Translations under genes and position numbers: made by a program
Assembly (NCBI GenBank): GCA_050575255.1
Contig: JBNZDD010013678.1
Span: forward strand, 1,087,653-1,151,652
Length of the DNA: 64,000 bases
Reading direction: 5' to 3'
Origin: Harriotta raleighana
Taxonomy: Eukaryota
In this document: positions 24,551 through 38,837 of the stretch, piece after piece
Layout of the letters: every line of letters begins with the position of its first letter
How positions within the stretch are numbered: position 1 is the first letter of the stretch
Notes under the pieces: generated by a model
Database searches by the model: none
Seen by the model: only the letters and a program-made list of their open reading frames with translations
Told to the model about the DNA's origin: nothing

Positions 24551-27500
24551 TTCCTGACTGGCTTCGAGAGGTTCCAGAACTTAAACTGGCTTTAAGTTGC
24601 TTGTATTATGGTGTTTCCTTAACTAAAATAAAATCTATCTTACAATGTCCTCCAAAAGAGTTAATCCAGTTCCATTATGTTTGAACGCTATTGTTATTTT
24701 TGCTCACACAATACAGTCAATCCCCTTTACAGAATATCCCATAAAGCCCTTTGGAGTTGTCTCGGCAACATGATAAAGCGCTACATCAAATGCAATCCTT
24801 ATTGTTATTATATTACCTATACCATTGTTAGTTGTGTTCAGTTTGTTTTGGTCCATTTTGAAGAGTTCACTATGGGTTTTTAACATTTTACTGCTAAAGG
24901 ATTGCCAGAAATAAATGTTATTTGTTGGGGCCAGGAGATTACCTAACAATATGTAAAAGAAAGCCAGTATCCCTGATCATACTGAGATGCAATGCAGATT
25001 TTTTGAAGCATTCTCTGTGTCTTCATGGATTCATGGTTAGGTGAAAGGAATCATTTGAGTACCAACATATTGAAGCAAACCAAATTTAGAGCATTTCTGA
25101 GCTTTCTATGAAGTCAAAGCCAGCCTTGAGAATGTGTACCAACAACCTTTTACCTCATTGTGAAACACACTATGTTGCTTGCATCAAGATTTCGCCCTCA
25201 TCTGCCTGGATTCGAACACAGGTCTCAAGCTTGTAAGTCCAATCACTGAGCTACAGGAGCTACGTGTTACGCTGCAGTTTGTCTCACCAAGTCATAATGA
25301 AATGAGTTAATTTCATCTCAGACTCACTCATGTGTACTTCCTAATACAGTAGATAGTTCTTGGTGTAGGTCGAGGCCACAGAATAGTTTCCGAGGACGTG
25401 GTACAGCCTTGACGGAGACAGGGATTTGATACGCTATCCGTCTCGAAAACAATTCCTGCGTCAAAGACAAACAGTTCCAAAGGACATAGGCTGCAAATTA
25501 GTATTATAAAGTGCTCTGATACTCAGAGTTGCTGTAGGTATGGACTTAATAAGCAGATGGTTGTATCCCATATGAGACATTAAAATTATCTGAAATGCCA
25601 TAGACAGACACACAAATGATACCATGTCAGTACCAGCGAAGGAGACAGCACCTGTCTTCCATAAGGATAACTTTTTGTCTGGTTAACCCGAATGCAGACA
25701 TCACAGGTCAGTGCTAAATTACTTCGATGAAGTTACCAGCATCTTGCTCAGGAAAGCTGAAAGTTACATTTGCTATTTTCATTTCAAATGCAAGCACTCT
25801 GAGACACCGTCCGGCGTGGAGGGCGCTATATAAATCCAAGTTGCTGTTGTTGTATTTCAACTCCCTCAGCAATTCAAAGTTCCAAAATTTAGAAAGTACC
25901 CGAGACACATTAAAAGGCTCCTCAAAGAATATATATTTGTTGAACAAAACTGTTTTCCTCAAAAGAAAGAGTTTCACTTGATGAATATCCAGATAGTTTG
26001 TGTGGCTTTGATATTGTTGGAGACCCATATCTCAGTTTCGTCAAGTTATTTTCACATTATTTTGATTATTTTATGTTTTAGTGGTAAACTGCCCCTAACT
26101 CCCTGCTCTGTGAACAACAGTATGTGTTGAGGGCAGTAGTTTGCAAGTACTGTACTCACAGTCAGCTTCACAGGATCCAATTATTACTGTTTAAAGCCCA
26201 GCTCTCTTTCTTCATTCATCCACAAAATTAAACCACAAATGATAATAATCCTTGCATTTGATATAGCTTCTTAACACAACAACAACTTGTATTTATATAG
26301 AGTCCTTCGCGCTGGATAGGGTCCCCAGAGTGTTTAGAGACGTCTCAAATCAAATCCTCGAGATGTCTTAAGGTGCTTCATAGAATATATTGGAAAGTGA
26401 ATTGACTGTATATTTTCTGGGCGAAACGCAGCAGCCAATTGACAAAACAGTCCATAGTTACTGTTTGCTGCTGCCTAATATTGCAAATCATTTTAGAATA
26501 GTCCACAGTTACTGTTTTGCAGTCTGTGTCCTCTCTAATTGGTTTGTGAGGAGCAATGCGCTAAGTTTGTGTGAATATAAAGATGGGATACAAGATTTGT
26601 ATTTACTGTAGAAGAGAAAGCCATCCCAGTGGAATGCTGCTAAAGAGAAAGCTCGACCAAACAGAGGCAAAGAAAAATTGATTGCAACGAACGAGAGCGG
26701 GTAATGGATCCCAAGTGTGGTAAGGAAGCACGTCAGAAAATGTTGTTTAATGTGCACTACAAATAGTCAGTTGGCTTCAGTTGGTCGAACTCTGCAACTC
26801 AACTCTCAAAAGGTTGAGCAATGAAGTCTCACATGATGACTCACAGTCTAGGTTGAAATTCTAGAGAAGTTTCATTTCATATTTATGGAGCAGATATTTA
26901 TGGAACAGACAGGAATGATCGCTATGTGTGGAAATGTTTCTTTCTCAGCAGTTCACCTTTCTTTCCTCCCTGAATTTCTTTCTGCCAGTAATGTATATCC
27001 TGAACCAAAAAGTAAGATGCAAAATTAATCAAAGTAACAGCAAATCACCTCGACCTGACCAATTTTAATGTTCTTTAGAATTACAAAAGGGAAAACTTTC
27101 AATGGGCAACACACCTGAATGATTTTTCAATTTAAAAGCAACCGTCAATATTTATTTTATTAGAGATGCGTTTTTTTATTTAATAAATTTTCTACTATTC
27201 CTGCATAAATTCTGTATACTTTATCTTCCAGTGAGAGGAATATTGTTATTAAGTCACTGTAACCTCCGCAGCCACTTTAAACAAGTACAGATATGAAATT
27301 GGTTGCTAACTTTAACGTCCCAAGCGATCTGGGACTCTACGCTGTTTGAGGGACGTTATATATAATGCAAGTTGTTTAAGCACTCTATCATGCTGGTAAC
27401 TGAAAAATGGCCCCACATTTGAAGCATCATTATTACAAAGTGTTCCAATAAGTGATCTTGCAGTGGTCTAATGAGACTTGTCCATCATTCATTTACACAA

Positions 27501-27933
27501 CATGCTAGTTCATTCGTCCTAAGATTCCAGATTTCAGCTCGTGAAGTTGTTTGACAGCACAGTTCAGTCACTCACTGTCATTCAACATTATTCGATAATG
27601 AGATGTCAGTTCAGTAGTAGAGTTTGATGTGCATCCGTGAGATTTGACAGTCATTGAATCTCACTGGAAAAATATTTCTGTCCATAATTTTTTTTCAAAT
27701 GGAAGGTAGTTTCTGAATTGGAGAATGAATGCCTTTAAATGTGTTTAGAATCTAGTTACACTACATATTGATTACAGCAAGGCAATAATAACAACTTCAT
27801 CTAAGCTCTCTGTGACTAAACTACCAGATTCCATATTTCACATGTATCAACCCAAAGTCTAACCAACATCTATTAAACAGTCATAACATTTAGCTTAAAA
27901 TTCAAGTTGTTTATCAGTAATCTAAGAGTAAAT

Positions 27934-28243
27934 GGAGTCCGGTAATGCAGTGGTTAAAGCACTCATCTTACAAGCGCAAGACCTGTATTTGAATCCAGGC
28001 AAGGCAAAACCTTGGGCAAGTTTCCTTACTCCACGTGCTCAATAATAAACCCTCAAAAAAAAACGAATAAATTGGTCATTTCAATCCACAACTGTTTGCG
28101 GGTCACTGCTGGGCGCAATTGGCTGTCGCATTTCGCCCACAAATATACAGTCAATGCACTTTACAGTATATTCTGTGAAGGGCTTTGAGAAGTGAAAAGC
28201 TCTATATCAAATGCGGGGATTATTATTATTAGTAGTATTATTA
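27934..28243 (+). mobile_element. tRNA-derived SINE, full length
   Basis: Diverged head, body and tail. Confidence 0.88.
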
Positions 28244-30654
28244 TAAATGTGGAGTCATCTGAATTATTGTTTAGATCTTGAAGACCACCTATGGCGCAAA
28301 TGTTCTAATTCCTTGGACACGGGTTACAGATCTGAATTGAACACTTGTTTTCAGGTGCTGTGACACGCCACAAAGCACAACCACCCATGTATTATCAGAC
28401 GAGATTGTTGACCTTCTCACTTCACTTACAAGTCACGGAGAAAATTTTAGCCTTATGGGATTTTATGAGCAATAAAGTGTCTATAGTCGCAATATCAATC
28501 AGGATAGCCTTTAACCGTGAAGACAAGCTCCAAACAATTTAGCATCAACTTGGAAATCAGTGAAGGACAATTCTTTTCATGAATTCTCGACTCATGAATA
28601 ATAAGTGGAAAAAAAGTTTGGCAAAAAAGTTCAGCATTATGCCATAGCTTACTGCAAGACTGTGATCGCTATCCTTATCATGGGAATATGCCCAGTGTGA
28701 TTTCTGCTAGATTTGGACAACTAATCTAAAGATCAGACAGTGCCCTAGAAAATCTTGCTTTTGGGGATTTGGTGGGGTGGGGGGGAGAGGGGGCTTCAGG
28801 GTTTGGGGCAAGGAAATTCACAAAAGCATATCATTCACTCTTGAAAAAAACGAACTCCAAATTGAGAACAAACACCTTTTATGTAACAAGCAAATTGCTC
28901 CCTTTCCCGCCACCCTCCCTGTCCCCAGCTCGCGTCTGAAACAATGACTGTCCAGTGCCTTGTGACATCCTCCTGACGTGAAAGGTGCTATACAAGTGTT
29001 ATTTTGTTGTTGTTGCTATCTTCATTGTATGATCGAGAGAAAAGGCAAATCAGGCTCTAAAACAATAAAACATTGAAAAAACGATGCAAGATACACAGTA
29101 TTTCTCCGGTAATCTGAAATGCCAACTACATTGAGCATTTCTTGCCTTCAGCCATAAAAATTCTGCCATTGTTAATCTGTTTCAAAGCTACAGCATTCAC
29201 ACAAGGTCAGCTGGAGAAAGGACTATGAAAAATTGTAGAATGTCTTAGTTAAAACGAAACACTTTTAGCCCACTTAAAAATCCAACAATCTGTATTTTTC
29301 CTATATTGATATCCAGATTAGTGGCTTTCAATTCAAGAGCACTAGTTATGATTTAGTTCTTAGTATTCAGGACGCCTAATATAATCATAAGAGCCCTCTA
29401 CAGTACATCCCATACTCAGACATGGCAGGAAAACTGATATGAAAATTCAGTTTTATGACCTCTTCATTAAAAGATCAAGCGCTCTTACTCCACAATATCT
29501 ATATGGCTCTAAATGTTGAAGCCCTAATGTACAGTGTGTGCACAGAATATTTATTCAGAAACTTAATTTTTGATAAGAATACTCTTTATGATTTAATAGG
29601 TCATATCTTTCACGAGACATCAAAATTGGGTGTTCAGGCAATTACAGTTAGATGACTTAAAGGTATAAATAAGTTTCTACAATATGCCGTGTATTGTAAA
29701 GCAATGAATGGAGGTAAATGTCTTTTCTAAAAGGTGTTTTATGGCTACATTGAAGATTTTACTGGAGCCACTATGATCCAGTATAAGAAGGAACAAAAAT
29801 CAGGTTAAACATTGAGATGATTAGAAACACAGCAGAAAGGATAAATACATTTCATCTTGTGGAAAACCCCATTGTAATACAGAGTAAAGTGAATTGACCG
29901 TATATCTTGTGGGCGAAACGCGGCAGCCAATTGCGCACAGCAATGTCCCAGAAACAATCGTGGATTGAGTAACCAAATTATTATATATTTTTTTAAAAGG
30001 GATTATTACCCCATGAAAAAACTCAAACAAGTGCAGATCTATAACAAAGAAGAACGCATATCTATTTAAAACAACCTAAACAGAGTTCACATGATATTAT
30101 GAACCATGGAAGCAACAAACGACAATTTAGAGCAGTTATATGATTTCCAAGGTTTGTTTATAGCCTTGAAATCGCTCCAGGTATTGAATTCTTTAATGTA
30201 CATGCTGTGAACATCAAATTCGAATTACCCTTTTTAAAAGCATTGTTAGAAAGCACTATCAACTTTGAAGAACTTAACTCCCAGGTGTAAAACAAATACA
30301 GTATTATCATTCTTGTTGATGACAGGGCTGTAGCCAATGGTACAATCATACAGCTTATGGAATATAATAATAATATTGCATATTTCTAGGAATTCATTCT
30401 GTTAAATAAAAATAAGAATAGTAATCCATGCTTTATGTGTTTTGCCCACGAATATAGAGTCAATTCACTTTACAGTATATCCTGATGTGAAAAGGCACTA
30501 TATCAAATGCAAGAATTATTATTATTAGTAGTATTTATGATACAGTAGCTTGTCATGTCATTCTGACGTCTCAAAGTGCTTCACAGGAATTATTGAGGAC
30601 TATATTTGTAGGCATATGTGGCAGTCAATTTGCACACAGCAATGTCCCACAAAC

Positions 30655-30830
30655 AACAACAACAAATTCCATGTGTAAAGCACCTTCCATGTCGGGAAGG
30701 CACCAGACGGTTAGGGATTTGGACCCAAAACAAGAGGTTGGGAGTGGGTGGGGGTGAGGTGAGGGAATGGAGGGCAGTGAGGGTAGGAGTAGAAGGATGG
30801 CGAAATGTACTGTCAAAGAGGAGGGTCTCA
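30655..30830 (-). mobile_element. L2 LINE 3' tail fragment
   Basis: (caa)n, ccttccatgtcgggaagg, G-rich tract, gtcaaagaggagggtct. Confidence 0.7.
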
Positions 30831-31639
30831 ATTATATCTGTGAAAGAACCTCGGGAAGTTTACTGTACTTTGAAAGGTATCAGTTGGAAAAAAAAGTTCA
30901 GCAGTCAAAGCAACTCATGAATATACAGCAGCTCACAAACTGGTGTATTCATTTTCTAGTGTGTCCTTGGAAAGTGTGTGGAATGGACAATCAGGATTTC
31001 ATCTGCAATTTGTCACGAGCGAAAAAATGTTTAATGGTTTGCCATTTTGAATAAATAATAGATGAGTAATTCTTTAATCTAATGCAAATACAAAAGATTT
31101 AAAAGCACAAAGTATTTATAGATCAGCTACAATTATACATTGGCATTGACCAAAGCATTGTGTCATTTCCATAACAAAAATGTATAATATTAATACAAAT
31201 ATGGAAACCATACATCCTATACAGTGAACACACATTTAAGGTGGAGGGTGAGGTAGATTTGAAAACACCCAAACTATTTTCAGGTGAAGAGACGGAAACC
31301 CAACTGCAACATTCAGAATATCTATCGAGGTTACACCAAATTACATTATTCAATGCTTCAATTATTAACAATCACGTTCTCTTGGGTTACAATCAGATCA
31401 GGGCACGATATCCATTACCCACATCTTGAATTACCTATGGTGTCTCCCAAATGTTTACTGACAGGCTGTGGCATTAAAGATTAGAATCAAACAAATCATA
31501 TATATTGTGGGGAAAAAAAACACACAGGAGAGTGGTGGTATCTTTGGTTAGAGGGACAGCCACCGTATTCTTGGAACTACTGATTACCAAAATAAACTTT
31601 TTAGGGGGAATGCCATTATTTTGTCATTGGTCAATTGAA

Positions 31640-32067
31640 AATAAATAATAATAATCCTTGCATTTGGTATTGTGCCTTATCACATTGTTGGAAATGTCTC
31701 AGAGCACTTCACATGATGTACCGTAAAGAGGATTGACTCTGCGTTTTGTGGGCAGCCAGTTTAAGCACAGGATTTATCCCACCAACAGCCAAAGCGTGGG
31801 TAACCATTTTTTACATTTTTATTTGGGGGATTGTTGGCCAGTCACCAGGATAAACTCCCTTCTCTTGTCCATCATGGTATCTTTAATGTCCACCTGAACA
31901 GCTGGATAGGACCTTGGTTAAACATCTCGTCCGAAGGACAGCACCTTCGATAATGCAACACACCCCCACCACTGCAATGGAGTGCCAGTTTAAACTATGT
32001 GATTCCAAGACCCGACAGTCTTGTGACGCACAGATGGGAGGGAGTGCCACTACTGAGCCAGGCTGCC
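31640..32067 (-). mobile_element. Deu-domain SINE, near full length
   Basis: catggtatctttaatgtccacctg..ccttggttaaacatctcgtccgaaggacagcacc is the reverse complement of the Deu core; tRNA-like head ends actgagcc; tail shared with the dominant SINE. Confidence 0.75.
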
Positions 32068-32432
32068 AAAAATACACAAAAGTGCCCTTCCACACTAATG
32101 CATTTTTTTTTTGCCTAATGCAAAATGCCATTAATATTTTGCACAGTAATTCATCACTCCGACAGGAGAACTGAATGCAACAAAAAGCTGCAGGATTATT
32201 CTACGGCTAATATATGGAAATATCTAATAAACGGAACAGGTTGGCAAAGAAGCTTTTGAATTTATCGGGTTTGCTCTGTATAATTTCTTGCCATGACAAA
32301 TTTTGTTGAGACACACAAGTGAAGTGAATGGTTGGAGAGGCTGGCAGGAAAAATGCATCACGTAACTTTTTACAGTTGTACATTGTAGAAGAGAACACTG
32401 AATGGAGAAAGGTGATGCAGTCAGCCATCAAC

Positions 32433-33180
32433 CCACAAATAGCTATGAAATGAATGACTCATTTTATCTGGAGAATTGATGGCCAGGACATAGAGAGAAA
32501 GATATTCATCTCTCTTTTTGAATAGTGCCATACTAATAACGCTTGCATTTGATATAGTGGCTTATCAAGTCTTCGATACGTCTCAAAGCACTTCACTTAA
32601 TATCCTGCGAAGTGAATCGACTGTATATTTTGTGGTGCGAAACGCAGCAATCAATTGTATACAGCAGTGTCCCACAAACAGCGTTGGATTAGAATGACCA
32701 ATTTCTTAATTGGATCTTGAATGTTCACTTCAACACGTTTTCTTACTCCACACACATGTCTAATAATAATCACTGCAAAAAAACACACAATAATAAAATT
32801 GGTCATTTCAATCCATGACTGTTTGTGGAGACGCTGCTAGGCGTAATTGGATGCCATGTTTCGCCCACAAACATACAGTCAATTCACTTTACAGGACATT
32901 CTCTGAAGCGCTTTGAGACATCTAGAAGATGTGAAAAGTGCTATCTCAAAGGCAAGAATTATTATTACTATTAACAGGCAGACTGGACTTCAATTTAATG
33001 TCTTATCTGAAGGATGAGACCTTTGTCAATACAGTGAGCAGTGCACTGACTGTAACAACAACAACAACAACAAAAGTACATTTGTATATCGCCTTTCACA
33101 TCGGGTGTTCAAAGTCCTGACTTGAATCAACAACTGCCTGACTCACCAGGCAAAGCTACCAACTGAGCCAGGCTATCACC
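32433..33180 (-). mobile_element. Deu-domain SINE interrupted by two younger tRNA-SINE copies (about 32533-32705 minus, 32738-32972 plus) and an L2 tail (about 33053-33107)
   Basis: Host pieces aatagtgccat | tggatcttgaatgttcac | ggcagactggacttcaatttaatgtcttatctgaagga | ctgactc..actgagcc are collinear with the 31640-32067 copy. Confidence 0.7.
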
Positions 33181-33622
33181 TCAAAAAAAATAGGCATCAC
33201 AATCCAAGCGGTGTATCAATCACCACTGATGAATGATGTATTTATTCCACCCACTGCACCAAACAAACTTCATCTTCTTTCAGCAATTTTTAACACCTTT
33301 CTGATGATTCATGTACAAAAGCATATTTGACAACCCAATGATTTTTTTTCACAGAGCCTGCTGTGTAAAGTATTGTATAGCAATCAGTTTAGGCATGAAT
33401 TCAGGTTCCCTTTAAGTCATTTGAATTGAATACAGTTATCTGCATAACCAGCATTATTTACTGCAATTATGAGATACTTAGCGCTCGCTATGGGCTGAAT
33501 GTGAAAATAAATTTGATTGAAGGATGTGAACTTGATTTCTGTAATGCCCAAATATTCTTTCAAATCAGTGCAAAATGCAATTTTTTTGGGTGGGGGGGTG
33601 TTCAGCTGAGTATCTGACACAT

Positions 33623-33955
33623 GCTCCTGTAGCTCACTGGTTAGAGCACTCACATTACAAGTGTAATGTGTAACCTGTGTTCGAATCCAGGCAGATCAGG
33701 GCGAAACCTTGGGCAAATTTCCTTACTCCACACGCCTAATAGCAATCCGTCCCAAAAAAAAACACAATAAAAATTGGTCATTTCAATCCACGAATGTTCG
33801 TGGGGTCACTGCTGTGTGCAATTGACTGCCCATTTCGCTCACAAATATGCAGTCAATTCACTTTTCACAGCATATTCTGTGAAGCGCTTTGAGACGTCGA
33901 TGAGATATGAAAAGCGCTAGTAAGATATCAAATGCAAGTATTACTATATTATTAT
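33623..33955 (+). mobile_element. tRNA-derived SINE, full length
   Basis: Head with gttcgaatcc B box, body, tail. Confidence 0.88.
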
Positions 33956-35862
33956 ATACGGAAACCTATCACCTTGTGCTTAAGAGTATCCAAACCAAAC
34001 TGAGAATTCCATGCCATCCCACCTGTACATGGAAATCTCCGAGATAGATTTTCTCTCTCTCTCTCTCTTCCTCCTGCTCACCAAATTCCGGTAATTATTA
34101 GCCAAGGCTTGAGAAACCCGGAGTATATGTTGGAGTCTAGCCAGCTAAAATTGCATAGTTTGTTATTGCCAAGACCACACTACCAGTTAGGGCTTGGCTT
34201 TGCAGGTTTAACAGGAGCTGAGTGGGAGGATTCCCTGCCCCCCCACCCCCACCACCATCCAGTGACTGATCTGACCTTCCAAGACATGCCAATGTGCCAG
34301 GCTGAGCTGTGCTGTCAGCAGCAATGCCCCACAGTTCCGCGGACCCACCTGACTCAGGAAAATCTTTTGCAAGACCTATTATTTTGCCCATTAGTAAGAC
34401 AGAGAGATACGTAGACACACATTAGGCCATTAAAAGATGTGAATTGACTTGTTTCCACCATCATCTGATTGCATTTCTCATTTAAAACACATCCTTTTCT
34501 GTACATTTGCATCAAAGTACAGTATATTGATTCCTTGTCCAGTTTATTATCCAGTTTATCATTAACAGTCATGTAGAGAAAGCTCTCCTTTGAACATCAG
34601 GTACATCCAATAGATTATAACAAAATAGTATGAGCAGAAATACTAATCGAAAATAAGCTAGTGATAAGAGTTCAATAAAAAAAAAACAAAAAAATTATTG
34701 CTGGTACAATAAAACCCGAGAAAAAATTTGCCCGGAATACGCAATATGTATAAGGATTTCTATGGATTGCTAATTTTGTTTTGAAAAAATACTAATTTGA
34801 AATGTTTGCACCTTGAGTCATTCAATTATTCATGAATGTAACTGAATCAAAACAAGCTGTAAGTCTGTGTTTCATGAAATAGATCCATCTCTTATTTGTT
34901 ATTCACCACCTACCTTACACTGTAACTGGACCTCAGAACCGTTTCTAATTCTCCTCATCTCAAATATCCCGAACCCAATGAGAAGTAGAATCGCAAGATT
35001 TGTCCCCGTTTCCCTCTCTTAATCCTCATCTGATGGAGTTTTTTTTAACATAACCTGATAGCCTTTGCGGGTAAAAAGCTCTCATCTGGTATAGAACTGC
35101 ACCCTACAGAAAAGGAGTTTTGCAAGTTCAAATTCCTGTCCTGTTATCTGATCTCAGCCAGGGTATTAGGCTGAGGCATTACAACAGCCATCAACATTAA
35201 TGAATTTTCATTTTGTATTATGTGCTACGGGTTCCAATGTGGACACTACTGCACACATACTCTATATTCGCACTTTCTACACAACTCTTGGGCAACACAC
35301 TCTCTCTTCGCAACACATTCTGAACATCTATGAAGTGCTTTTGTCTGCTGATAATTCACACACTGGTTTTTAAAAAAAACTATCTGCATCAGGTTGTGTT
35401 TTTATTATCCGCGGTAAACAGAATGAAGAGAAATTACCTGACCAAACAAAGCCTGCAGGATAACACGTTAGTCAAATACTTTATTGAATGAAATCTAGTT
35501 TTTCTTCATGCAGCTTCTGGGCGGTTATTTATTCTAATTCCTACTTTATGATGAATGCTCTAAACATAGAGAATGGTTCGGAAGCTGAGAAAATGTTGCT
35601 CATGAGATTCGGACTTGTAAGACCCCTGGAAGCAGGCAAACCGTTTGCATTCATTTGAGTTTGGATCTCACATGAGTAGTAAACCCATGAAGATGGATGT
35701 TTTCAGATGAAATTCAGAAGAATCGATTTGCTTAATAAGATAAAGACCAGGTGATCTTTCACCAAACAAAGGTTCATTATTCATTTAGACCAAATGGCCT
35801 GGTTCCATACGCTACACAACACTATGTATTATGAATGATCAAAAACATGCTGTTGCAATACA

Positions 35863-36010
35863 ATCATAGAATTTTACGGCACAAAAGGAGGCCTTTCGGC
35901 CCATCGAGTCTGTGCCAGCTCTTTAAAAAGAGCAATTTAATCCCACTCCCCAGCTCTCTCCCCGTAACCTCGCAAACCCTTCCTCTCCAAATAAATGTCT
36001 ACTTCTCTTT
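35863..36010 (-). mobile_element. CR1 3' tail (family A)
   Basis: catagaattttacggcacaaaaggaggcctttcggcccatc matches the reverse complement of the 3' UTR of the element at 1-223. Confidence 0.85.
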
Positions 36011-37736
36011 TAAAAATTGTTATCGAAATACAGTTAATACAGTTGATGCAGAATAATACAACTCTAACTAAGAATAAGAATAATAATCCTTGCATCTGAC
36101 AAGTGCCTTATCATAGCATTGAGACATCTAACAAGAGTACTGTATATTGTAAAATGGATTGACTGTGTATTTAGTTGTATAAAATTAAAAAAAACACATT
36201 TGTTGAATAGATTTCTCAGGTGCGTTCTTCTCTTCAGGCGACATAGTGTTGATACTGATGTCCTGAGCAAAACATGGTCAGGAGGGAAATCTCAACCCAG
36301 GTGGAGTGGGAGATGCCTTCAGAAGTTGTCTGACAGTGTAGCTTATGCATCAGGCGAGACTGGCCTTCACTCAAGTAATATAACCTTTTAGCTCAGTCCC
36401 TAAAGACTTCAAGCATGGGTTGTGTTTATAGTAAACAAGAAATTCTGTTTCGTGAGCATGGATTAAAAAAAAGTTCTAAATCATTTTAATAATAGCCTAA
36501 AACAGTTGACGACGTTAATAAAAAAAATTATGTGCAACTGCATTTTAATAGACCCAGAATAGCTCATAGGTATTAACTAGGCGTAAATAAAAATGAATCA
36601 CAACAGAACAACTAAGGCACTTTTCATGACTAAGTGGTATTAAAACTGCACTGTATATTCTATAATCGAGGTCAGATACTGTACTGATATTATTCACATT
36701 CATTCAATGAGGGTAGATTTGCTTGTTGGGCCAAATGTAGTGAGGGGTTAGGGGCAAAGTGGGTAATCAGAAAGAATGAGGCTCACAGCAAACAAATTGC
36801 CACATTATCTTCAGCACTATGAATTCACGGCCTGTCAATACAACACTGTCAGTGAAGCCCCACGTTGACATTGGCTCATCTATCTCCTCACAACATCAGT
36901 CCCGAGATCTTGTCAGTTATCAACATTCAGCTCATTGCCTTAATGATCACATACAGGCTCTGCTCAGGCAAACAGATGGCAGAGTTATCTGTGAAAGCTG
37001 CTGGCAGCACAGATTCATCAAGAAATGTCAGCTCCACTAATCATACTTGACAATATCAGCATTCCTAAAGACGAAATACCTCTTTTCCTATCTTCTATCC
37101 CTCCTTCGCTATCCCCCAACCCCATTGATGGAATAATAATTCTTGCATTTGATATAGTGCTTCAACATGTCTTCGAGACGTCTCAAAGCACTTCACAGAA
37201 ATCACTATAAAGTGAATTGACTATGTTTTTGGAGGCGGAACAATAATGTACAGTAATCTTCTTTGGCAAGCTGCAAAGGAAACCTACCTCTCTTTTTTTC
37301 TAGTACTCAGCAGAATGTAAACCTATTAAAATCAGTGAACTGGATGCGAATAGTAGTTCACTTCAAGCCAGAGTCCATCTTGCAGGATATTGGAGAGATG
37401 TCACTCAACGATTAGACTCTTTTAAAGGATTGCATGCCAAAGTGCTCACATTTAAGTCAAGCTTCTTGATTTATGCCGGGAATAGGAGAAGAGTAGCATC
37501 TCTAGCCCTGCATTATTCACTCAAAGTTCTACTTAAAATATCAGCAGCAAATAATCTATTCAGTTGCTTGTAGAACTGTCTCCCAGACAGTACTCTACTG
37601 TATCATTATATAGAAATATGCGCACTGCATACACAATTTCAAATCAAGACTTAACCATCCCATGCTGAACTGGGAACATGTGGAAAGTGCTGCAATCCAT
37701 TCCCATTGATCCCAATAGCAATTTCTGTGGTTTTGT

Positions 37737-38060
37737 GGCGCTCCTGTAACTCAATGGTTAGAGCAGTCGTCTCACAAGCGTGAGACATGTGTTCAAATCC
37801 AGGCAGATCAGGGCGAAACCTTAGGCAATTTTCCTTACTCCACACGCCTAATAATAACCCATCCAAAAAAAAACAATAATAAAATTGGTCATTTCAATTC
37901 ACGACTGTTTGTGGGACACTGCTGTGCACAATTGCCTGCTGCGTTTCACCCCTAAATACACAGTCAATTCACTTTACAATATACTCTGTGAAGTACTTTG
38001 AGATGCTGATAAGATGTGAAAAATGCTATATCAAATGCAAGGATTATTATTATATTATAA
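37737..38060 (+). mobile_element. tRNA-derived SINE, full length
   Basis: Head, body, tail. Confidence 0.88.
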
Positions 38061-38702
38061 TGAGGGGACTCGGGTTCGATTCCCAGGCAAGGTGAAACCT
38101 TAGGCAAGTTTCCTTACTCCACACACCTCTGTTTACCCAGCAATAAATAGGAACCCAGTTCTTTGTCACTTTCTATCCAAACAAGCGCAAGGATGATGAT
38201 TATTATTATTATTTCATTATTATTGTAGAACGCCAGTTTTAGAAGACAAAATACCCCCAATGTAACATTGTGATCTTTTCTGCTGCCCACACCGAGCATC
38301 CTGTGACTTCTCTGTGAGAGTTTGGCTGAATTAAAGACGCTTTTGTGTTTGATTGCATGCTGATTAAGATCTACATTGGAGCCTGCATGAACTCATTTCA
38401 TATCATGCCCTCTACAGCTGGTTTTTTTTTCAAAACATGCTTCATTTAAATTGTAAATAGCAAAGTCCGTCACTGGGGTTGATGAGCTGGGAATGTGAAC
38501 TCAGTGAGTGTAGAGAATCCAACATAAATCTTTATCAGGGTGCATCCGATATGTTACTGCGCTGACATTTTGCTGCGTGTCCAAACCATTTCCTTTATAT
38601 GTATGTTCCTAAGTTAATTTTACGATACTCTGCTTTGGAAGAAGAAGTGTTACATCAGCTTAGGCGTCCCAAAAAATATGCAGTCAGTTCACTTTACAAT
38701 AT

Positions 38703-38837
38703 CAAAACACAAAATATTACAGATGCTGGAAATCGGAAACAAAAACAGAAGTTGCTGGGAAAACTCAGCAGGTCAGGCAGCATCCATGGAGAAAGGAAAG
38801 TGAGTCAATGTTTCGGGTCCATGACCCTTCGTCAGAA
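38703..38837 (-). mobile_element. Short Penelope-type repeat with a minimal hammerhead core, nested in a SINE tail
   Basis: Minus strand reads CTGACGA-A-GGGTC-atg-GACCC-GAAA-CATT. Flanked by a 13-bp duplication cactttaca(a/g)tat at 38690-38702 and 38838-38850. Confidence 0.7.
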
